Assembly (NCBI GenBank): GCA_030523765.1
Contig: JAUNHX010000005.1
Location: 5,566-69,565, forward strand
Direction: 5' to 3'
Length of the DNA: 64,000 bases
DNA from: Bacteroidales bacterium
GTDB lineage: Bacteria > Bacteroidota > Bacteroidia > Bacteroidales > P3
Below the pieces are notes generated by a model that was not told where the DNA came from, made no database searches, and saw only the letters and a program-made list of their open reading frames with translations. Shown in pieces: positions 57,450-64,000 of this stretch. Made by a program: the position numbers and the translations under genes. Each line of letters starts with the position of its first letter. Positions within the stretch are counted from its first letter, which is position 1.

Positions 57450-58397
57450 ATGGTAGACTATAAGTTATATGCCGAGAAATGCTTCCGCGATGAAGCTCAG
57501 GCAATCCTCGACCTAATACCGATGCTCGACGATAATTTCAATAACGCAGTAGAGATGATCTATAACTGCAAAGGCAAGTTTATCGTAACAGGTGTAGGTA
57601 AGAGCGGACATGTGGGGGCCAAGATTGCAGCTACGTTAGCTTCGCTAGGAACACCCTCGTTTTTCCTTAACCCTCTCGATGCCTATCACGGCGATTTGGG
57701 TATGATCTCTACAGGCGATGTGGTGATGGCGATTAGCTATAGCGGCTATACCGATGAGCTGCTGCGCTTCCTACCCCTCCTTATTGATCGCAAAATCCCC
57801 ATCATCGGTATGTCGAGCAATCCCGATTCTATCTTAGGTCAACATTCTACCTATCATCTCAATATCAAGGTGGATCACGAAGCCGATCCCCTCAACCTTG
57901 CACCTACCTCCTCAACCACCACCACGATGGCTATGGGCGATGCTTTGGCTTGCGCGTTGGTGATGCGACGCAATTTCAAATTGCAAGACTTTGCCCGCTA
58001 TCATCCTGGTGGTAGTTTGGGCAAAAGGCTGTTAAGCAAGGTGAAACAGTATATGACCAAACGCGATTTGCCTATCGTAAGTCCCTCCGATAAGGTTAGC
58101 GACACCATCATCGTTATCAGTCAAAATAAGCAAGGTATCGCTGTGGCGTTGGAAAACGGAAAGATAGCTGGCGTAGTAACCGATGGTGATGTGCGAAGGG
58201 CTATGCAAAGCAAAAAGGATGTATTCTTCGATCTAAAAGTGGGCGATATTATGAGCACACAGCCTAAAATGATCAACCAAGAGGCAAAACTGACCGAAGC
58301 GGGCGAGATGATGCGGCGCAACAATATCCACTCGCTAGTAGTAGTCGATGATGATGATCATTTCGTAGGCACTATCGATATCTTTTCCTGCCTATGA
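57450..58397 (+). CDS. kdsD: Arabinose-5-phosphate isomerase (KpsF/GutQ family; SIS plus tandem CBS)
   Basis: 315 aa with the SIS motif VTGVGKSGHVGAKIAATLASLGTPSFF and C-terminal CBS pairs. Confidence 0.85.
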   Translation: MVDYKLYAEKCFRDEAQAILDLIPMLDDNFNNAVEMIYNCKGKFIVTGVGKSGHVGAKIAATLASLGTPSFFLNPLDAYHGDLGMISTGDVVMAISYSGYTDELLRFLPLLIDRKIPIIGMSSNPDSILGQHSTYHLNIKVDHEADPLNLAPTSSTTTTMAMGDALACALVMRRNFKLQDFARYHPGGSLGKRLLSKVKQYMTKRDLPIVSPSDKVSDTIIVISQNKQGIAVALENGKIAGVVTDGDVRRAMQSKKDVFFDLKVGDIMSTQPKMINQEAKLTEAGEMMRRNNIHSLVVVDDDDHFVGTIDIFSCL

Positions 58398-59035
58398 AAA
58401 CTGTAGCTTTTGTTCCCGTACGACTCAACAGCAAGCGGGTAGTAGGGAAAAACCTCAAACTGCTTGGAGGCAAACCACTTATGTGCTGGATATTAGAGAC
58501 GCTTGTGCAAGTGGAGGGCATTGACGAAGTTTACCTCTATTGCAGCAACGAGCAGGTGAAAACATACCTACCTCAAGGAGTTCGCTTCCTTCAGCGACCT
58601 GAGAGTCTTGATAGCGACGAAACATTAGGAGAAACTATCTACGATGAGTTTACTCGAACCATCGATGCCGATATTTATATTCTTGCCCATACCACATCGC
58701 CTTTCATCAAAGTGCAAACCCTCCAGCAAGCGCTCCATCAAGTGCAAGGTGGTGAATACGATTCGGCTTTCTCGGTGGAACGCTTACAAACCTTTGCTTG
58801 GTATAGGGGCAAGCCGCTGAACTACAGTCTTCAGCATGTGCCTCGCACACAAACCATCGAACCTATTATGGTAGAAACCTCAGCCTTCTATATGTTCCGT
58901 TCTGAAATATGGAAGCAACATCGTCAACGTATTGGATTCCATCCTTGGATGGCCGAAGTGGATAGGGTAGAGGGGCTTGATATCGATTGGCCCAACGATT
59001 TCGCCTTCGCCGAAACCGTTGTTGGTAAACTATAG
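58394..59035 (+). CDS. CMP-sugar synthetase family cytidylyltransferase (NeuA/KdsB-like, short form)
   Basis: 213 aa. AFVPVRLNSKRVVGKNLKLLGGKPL resembles the CTP_transf_3 N-terminal motif. ATGA overlap with kdsD. It is shorter than, and unlike, canonical KdsB as I recall it. Confidence 0.6.
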   Translation: MKTVAFVPVRLNSKRVVGKNLKLLGGKPLMCWILETLVQVEGIDEVYLYCSNEQVKTYLPQGVRFLQRPESLDSDETLGETIYDEFTRTIDADIYILAHTTSPFIKVQTLQQALHQVQGGEYDSAFSVERLQTFAWYRGKPLNYSLQHVPRTQTIEPIMVETSAFYMFRSEIWKQHRQRIGFHPWMAEVDRVEGLDIDWPNDFAFAETVVGKL

Positions 59036-59268
59036 GACCCAACTCTTTCAAGCCGCAGGGTGTTTGCCCTTCTATTCATAGTTATAGATGGTCAATAAGA
59101 AATTCTTTCATTTTTTTTGCTATCCGTATTTATCTACATCACTTCTTATTAGAAGTGCCTTCTAGGTTGTTTTCTCTCTTTTATTACAAAAAAAAGAGGA
59201 ACGAGTTGTAATAAAAAAGACTTTAGTACGATTATAGAGCGTATTGTATCTAGTATTAAAAAAAAATG

Positions 59269-59276
59269 TATCTTTG
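59269..59276 (+). promoter_or_regulatory. -7 box TATCTTTG upstream of the alpha-2-macroglobulin gene
   Basis: atgTATCTTTGcaaaatc, about 97 nt before ATG 59374. Confidence 0.6.
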
Positions 59277-59373
59277 CAAAATCAAACATACAAAACAATC
59301 TGGAAGGATGGTGATAGGATCGACCTCCCTTCATAGCATAAACAACATTGATCCTCTTTTCAATAGGAACGAA

Positions 59374-62300
59374 ATGAAACATTTTATCGTTAGTTCGAAA
59401 TCAATTGTATGCTCATTGTTGCTCTTCGTAATGACTGCAACAACAGTTATCGACTTGAACGCCCAACAGAAGCCTTTATTGCAGGATGATGCAAAATACG
59501 AAGCGCAGTGGGATAAGGTTCAGCAATTGATCGATGATCATTATTACAAGGATGCCCGCAAAATTGTGGAACCCTTGTTCGACCAAGCTGTTGCTACACA
59601 CAATAGCAAGCAGATCTTAAATAGTATATGGTATCTTAATGTTTTGGACTTCGCTTATGTTGAGAATGGTGAAGATTCGATGTACAATCGTATTATTCGA
59701 ATGCAGCCCCAATTAGATCAGCCCGATAAGTGTTTATCCTATATGATGTTATACCAGATTATTATTAGGGGTACGTGGTCCTATAATCCTAATATAGATA
59801 CCGACGAGGAGAATATATCTTGGCACCTATGGTCGCATCAACGCTGTTTGGATGAATGCAACAAGTATATAGATTCGATCTTGGCTCATGCCAATCTGTT
59901 GTTCAAGATACCATCGTCCGAATATGTTCGGCTTATGGACACCACCCAAGGTTCGCAACGTTTCACCCCTACACTCTTCGATGTGATAGCCTCTCACCTT
60001 ATGAATTGTCGTAATATCGATCAAATGATGGCTTTGCTCCGAGAAGAGCATCAAAACGATGAGGATGAGTTACTGTTATGGCTCGATGTGAAGGAGTATC
60101 AAATAAAACGCGAAGACTCAAGGCGGGTCGATCTTGCACTCAAATATCTTAACCGTTGGCGTTCCAGTACGTTGCCCGATGTGGCGTTTTTCTATAACGA
60201 ACTAGCTATTGGGTATAAGGATAAGGGCGAAAACCTTCTTTCTGAACGCTATAACGATACCATCATTCAGCGTTTCCCTACCTCCGCCTTTTATCTTACT
60301 GCAAAGAAACGAAAAGAACAGAACAAGTGGAAAAGCATCAACTCGGCTACGATGGATGACTATCAGATACCCAACCATCCAATGTTGGCCGTATTGGAGG
60401 TAAGCAACATCGATACCCTTTATTGCCGTATTGTTAGCAATACTGGTCAGAAGTTAGACCAGCATATGCTATCCCAAAAACCTGTGCGTGAGTGGTCGCA
60501 ATATGTGCCGCATAGCGACAATATGACAGAACAAAAGGTTTATCTTTACCTTCCTGGAGTGCCTGTTGGAAAATACGTACTTTTGGTAAGTGGCACCCCC
60601 GATTTCCGTCCCGATAAGTCAATAAAATATATAGAGTATGGTGGATATAAAGGAGAAGAAAGGAAGGCTTCTAGTGTGCAATTTGCATATAAGGAATTTG
60701 TGTGTACCGATGCAGTATTGGTGGATATTCGTGAGGCTAATGGGGGAAGCATAATCAGTCGTTCTACTGGCCAACCAATTCCAAACCTTGATGTGCGGTT
60801 AATCAGTAAACGTAATGATGGTCGCAACAATTGTTTGGCCACAACTAAAACTGATAGCAATGGTTTCTTCTTCTTCCCTTATATTGAGGATGCTCCCTTT
60901 TTTGGTTGTAAGATTGCAATTACTTACCAAGGTGTAGAAATAGAGAGACGTTTCTCCTATCGGCATCGAGAGACAGAAACTTGTTGTGACAGTAATAAAT
61001 CAAATATTTCTATTTTATTGGATCGCCCTATTTATCGTCCTGGCGATACAGTCCATTTTACCCTATGTACCTATATCAATACCGATTGGTGGAATAGTAA
61101 GACTAGTAGTAGAGAAGTAAGGGTATTATTTAAAGATGTAAATAGAAAGACAATAGATTCGTTGAACCTAACCACCAACAAGATGGGAGCAGCCAACGGC
61201 ATATTCGTTATTCCCGCCAATACGCTGCCTGGCATTCATAGAATATTTGTTTATGATGATGTGGTTGATACATATAGTATCATGATTGTACAAGTAGAGG
61301 AGTATAAACAACCTAAGTTTTATGCTTCGATCGAACCCGACAATAAAATACATCATTTTGGACAGCCTATCCAGGTAAAGGGAACGGCCCGGGCTTATAG
61401 TGGGGCCTCGATGGCAGGTGCCCAAGTCTCCTATACTGTTAAGGGTCAATCTCTTTCCCCATCGTGGAAACGCCGTGCTTATTGGGAAGGGTATTCTTAT
61501 TCTTATAATATACTATCGAAGGAAGAGGGTACAGCCCTCTGTGATGATGATGGCTCTTTTGTATTCGAATTTGTACCACAGTTGGATAGTGCAAATAACG
61601 TTCAGTTTGTAAGTTATACTGTTGAGGCTACTATAACAGATGTGAATGGAGAAACACAGTATGTAAGGAGCAGTTATGTCTTAGGAGTTGAAAATATAAT
61701 ACTGACGGCCAACATTATAGATTCGAAGCTATACCGAACTCTCGATTCTGTAGGCTTTTCCCTTACCAACCTTAACAACGATCCTCTCGATGGGAGTGTT
61801 GTTATGACTATCGATAAATTAAAACCTGCAATGGGCAGAGGATTAGGCTTGTTCCAACCTAACGAGGTTAAGAATGCAATCCATACCCTTTCTATCGAAG
61901 AATTCCAAAGGCTCTATCCAAGTCTGATGTACAGCTCGCTTGATAATGAACCTAACACATGGGCTGTTGATCGCAAAGTGTTGCAGCAAGAGGTAGAGGC
62001 AAGTCTTCATCATAAGACTACATGGGTATCGATACCTAAACTCGAAACAGGATTTTATTGTCTTACCCTCTCTGCGCTCGACGATGAGGGGCATCGGGTG
62101 GAAGATAAGGTGTACTTTGTCTTCATGCCCGAACAAGCAACAAAGATGCCTCGTAAGTCAAAACTGTTTTTGATGGAGACCAATCGAGAAGAAGTCGAGG
62201 TGGGTGATGAGGTAATTATCCGCTTGGCCTCTTCCTACGACGTATATGTGTCGATGGCTATTGAATATGCCGACAGCGTAAAAGCAACAAGAATATTTCA

Positions 62301-64000
62301 CTTCACTCCTCAACATCAGGTCGATACCATCCATCTGACTATCACACCCGCTATGAAAGGTAACGTGTGGATAACGGCTGTTGCTTGTAAAGAAAACGTT
62401 ATAGAGCAAGGAGAAGAAGGCATCAAAGTGTTGCTTCCTGAACGCGAACTCGATATGCATCTCACTACCTTCCGCAACAAATTGCAGCCGGGAAATGAAG
62501 AAACATGGACTTTAAAGGTGCAAGGCAAAGCCCATAATGACGGTTCCCGCACCCCCCTCTATAGTCCAGCCCAAGTGGTATTGAGTATGTATGATGAGGC
62601 CCTCCTAGAAATCGATCATTATTTAATGAAGTATCATGTAATGAATCTGCCCATGCAGTCGCACACAATGGATTATATGTCGTATGAATACGTAAATCAA
62701 CGGTCTTGGAATTTTAGGTCAACGTTATGGATGAATGGTTTTACTTTCAATCCCAACACTAAATATCCGTCCAATTCTATTCTTACGCAGCAAGGGTGGT
62801 TTTTTAAAAATAAGGGACCATGGGGAGTCAATAGCATTGTGGCTACTGTGTTTGGTGTTGGATATGCTGATGCGGACTACATTGAGAATGAAGTAGAGTT
62901 AGTAGAGGAACAGCCCTTATATGAGGGTAATAGTAGGAGTTATAAAAGAGCTTCTAAATCAGGAACCTCAAAATTGGAAGAAGTGGAAGAAGAGGAAGTG
63001 GTGATTCAATCTGTAGATGAAGATAAGGGTGAAATTTTTTCAATTTACGAAACTGAACCGTCTTCATCTTCTACTCCGAGTATAGACTTGCGTACCAATC
63101 TTAGTACGTTGGGCTTTTTCCAACCCAATCTGCTAACCGATGCCGAGGGCAATGTTAGCTTCACCTTCCGTGTTCCCGACCTGCTTACCCGTTGGTGTAT
63201 AAGAGGCGTCTCTTGGACACAAAATATGGCAGTAGGCAAACTCTCGGCCAACTGTGTTACTCAGAAGCAGTTAATGGTTATCCCCAATCCTCCTCGCTAC
63301 CTTCGTCAAGGAGATGTGATTGATTTTAGTGTCAAAGTCAGCAATATTACCAACAAGGAGCAAAATGTCACGGTGGTTTTCACCCTCACCGATGCTGCTA
63401 CCCATCAACCTATCGCTTTAGCCAACAGTCGTCAAGAAGTGATGGTGCCTGCAGGCAGTAGCAACAATGTTAGTTTCCGTATTGAGGTGCCGTCTAATGC
63501 TGCGGTTGTTACGTACAAAGTGGTTGCCTTCAACGAACAGCACAATGATGGTGAGCAATCTAACATCATTGTATTACCTAATCGTCAGTTGGTTACCGAA
63601 AGCATGGCTATGTATCTTAACGGCAGAGAAACCAAACAATACGAGTTGCAGCATCTCCTTCAATCGGGACAGTCTTCTACCCTCCAGCACCAGTCGATGG
63701 CTATTGAACTAACCTCCAACCCCATCTGGTATGCTATTCAAAGTCTACCTTTCGTAAGCGAATGTGAAAATCCTAGCAATATATATCGTTTCCATGCCTA
63801 TTATGTCAACAGTTTAGGTCGTTATATCGCCAACCTCAGCCCCAATATCGAGCAGGTAATGCATCAATGGGAGAGCGATACCACAGGTGCCTCTTTTATG
63901 AGCAACCTACAGATCAACGAAGATATGAAACAGATTCTTCTTGACGAGACTCCTTGGTTGAGTAATGGTAATAACGAAAGTGAGCGCAAACGGCAGGTGG
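59374..64000 (+). CDS. Bacterial alpha-2-macroglobulin family protein, N-terminal ~1540 aa (continues past window end)
   Basis: Frame 1 is open to the window end; it is absent from the ORF track because no stop is reached. ATG 59374 gives a signal peptide MKHFIVSSKSIVCSLLLFVMTATTVIDLNAQQ. I hand-translated these segments: VQVEEYKQPKF (MG2-type) and RTNLSTLGFFQPNLLTDAEGNVSFTFRVPDLLTRW (A2M signature). An in-frame ATG at 59308 is a less likely start. Confidence 0.8.
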   Translation, partial: MKHFIVSSKSIVCSLLLFVMTATTVIDLNAQQKPLLQDDAKYEAQWDKVQQLIDDHYYKDARKIVEPLFDQAVATHNSKQILNSIWYLNVLDFAYVENGEDSMYNRIIRMQPQLDQPDKCLSYMMLYQIIIRGTWSYNPNIDTDEENISWHLWSHQRCLDECNKYIDSILAHANLLFKIPSSEYVRLMDTTQGSQRFTPTLFDVIASHLMNCRNIDQMMALLREEHQNDEDELLLWLDVKEYQIKREDSRRVDLALKYLNRWRSSTLPDVAFFYNELAIGYKDKGENLLSERYNDTIIQRFPTSAFYLTAKKRKEQNKWKSINSATMDDYQIPNHPMLAVLEVSNIDTLYCRIVSNTGQKLDQHMLSQKPVREWSQYVPHSDNMTEQKVYLYLPGVPVGKYVLLVSGTPDFRPDKSIKYIEYGGYKGEERKASSVQFAYKEFVCTDAVLVDIREANGGSIISRSTGQPIPNLDVRLISKRNDGRNNCLATTKTDSNGFFFFPYIEDAPFFGCKIAITYQGVEIERRFSYRHRETETCCDSNKSNISILLDRPIYRPGDTVHFTLCTYINTDWWNSKTSSREVRVLFKDVNRKTIDSLNLTTNKMGAANGIFVIPANTLPGIHRIFVYDDVVDTYSIMIVQVEEYKQPKFYASIEPDNKIHHFGQPIQVKGTARAYSGASMAGAQVSYTVKGQSLSPSWKRRAYWEGYSYSYNILSKEEGTALCDDDGSFVFEFVPQLDSANNVQFVSYTVEATITDVNGETQYVRSSYVLGVENIILTANIIDSKLYRTLDSVGFSLTNLNNDPLDGSVVMTIDKLKPAMGRGLGLFQPNEVKNAIHTLSIEEFQRLYPSLMYSSLDNEPNTWAVDRKVLQQEVEASLHHKTTWVSIPKLETGFYCLTLSALDDEGHRVEDKVYFVFMPEQATKMPRKSKLFLMETNREEVEVGDEVIIRLASSYDVYVSMAIEYADSVKATRIFHFTPQHQVDTIHLTITPAMKGNVWITAVACKENVIEQGEEGIKVLLPERELDMHLTTFRNKLQPGNEETWTLKVQGKAHNDGSRTPLYSPAQVVLSMYDEALLEIDHYLMKYHVMNLPMQSHTMDYMSYEYVNQRSWNFRSTLWMNGFTFNPNTKYPSNSILTQQGWFFKNKGPWGVNSIVATVFGVGYADADYIENEVELVEEQPLYEGNSRSYKRASKSGTSKLEEVEEEEVVIQSVDEDKGEIFSIYETEPSSSSTPSIDLRTNLSTLGFFQPNLLTDAEGNVSFTFRVPDLLTRWCIRGVSWTQNMAVGKLSANCVTQKQLMVIPNPPRYLRQGDVIDFSVKVSNITNKEQNVTVVFTLTDAATHQPIALANSRQEVMVPAGSSNNVSFRIEVPSNAAVVTYKVVAFNEQHNDGEQSNIIVLPNRQLVTESMAMYLNGRETKQYELQHLLQSGQSSTLQHQSMAIELTSNPIWYAIQSLPFVSECENPSNIYRFHAYYVNSLGRYIANLSPNIEQVMHQWESDTTGASFMSNLQINEDMKQILLDETPWLSNGNNESERKRQV

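Noticed and set aside
1-64000. A search for CRISPR arrays, tRNA/rRNA genes, transposases, integrases, phage genes, restriction-modification, toxin-antitoxin or other known defence modules.
   Set aside because: I found no regularly spaced 25-40-bp repeats, no tRNA-like T-arm motifs, and no ORF with recombinase, nuclease or methylase signatures. The window is mostly housekeeping plus surface-structure genes.
1-64000. Sigma-54 (-24/-12, TGGCAC-N5-TTGC) promoters that the activator at 10748-12040 might serve.
   Set aside because: All TGGCAC occurrences I checked lie inside coding regions and lack the TTGC element at the right spacing.

Overview
This window looks like a Bacteroidota (probably Bacteroidales) chromosome. 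Support for that: recurrent TAnnTTTG -7 promoter boxes, no Shine-Dalgarno sequences, T9SS C-terminal sorting domains, and bamD-rpoZ-coaBC synteny. Most of it is housekeeping: rnfD(partial)GE, aroA, a sigma-54 activator, dnaG, a ydiJ-like oxidoreductase, nrdDG, a blaI/blaR1-like pair, der, lpxA/lpxC, guaA, bamD, rpoZ, coaBC, ispD, kdsA/kdsD and a partial alpha-2-macroglobulin gene. I found no CRISPR array, tRNA/rRNA, transposase, integrase, or recognisable defence or toxin-antitoxin system. Four things stand out. (1) A 3945-bp head-to-tail duplication (about 1387-9279) of a module directly behind rnfE. The module is a 21-codon sORF, a 165-aa secreted protein and a ~1035-aa T9SS type-B-CTD protein. 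Its core is identical between copies, its edges have diverged, and it carries a decayed rnfE 3' relic. (2) A phosphonate locus (45780-50327): cytidylyltransferase-PEP mutase fusion, phosphonopyruvate decarboxylase, Fe-alcohol dehydrogenase and LicD. It has no aminotransferase, which points to a hydroxyethylphosphonate-type decoration. It lies convergent to a pgpH-like/yfhO/GT4 operon. (3) A cobalamin riboswitch in the nrdDG leader. (4) Several short phased tandem repeats in intergenic regions, and promoter boxes that abut start codons (probable leaderless mRNAs). All calls rest on reading the sequence and the ORF track; no searches were run. Small-motif coordinates may be off by 1-2 nt.
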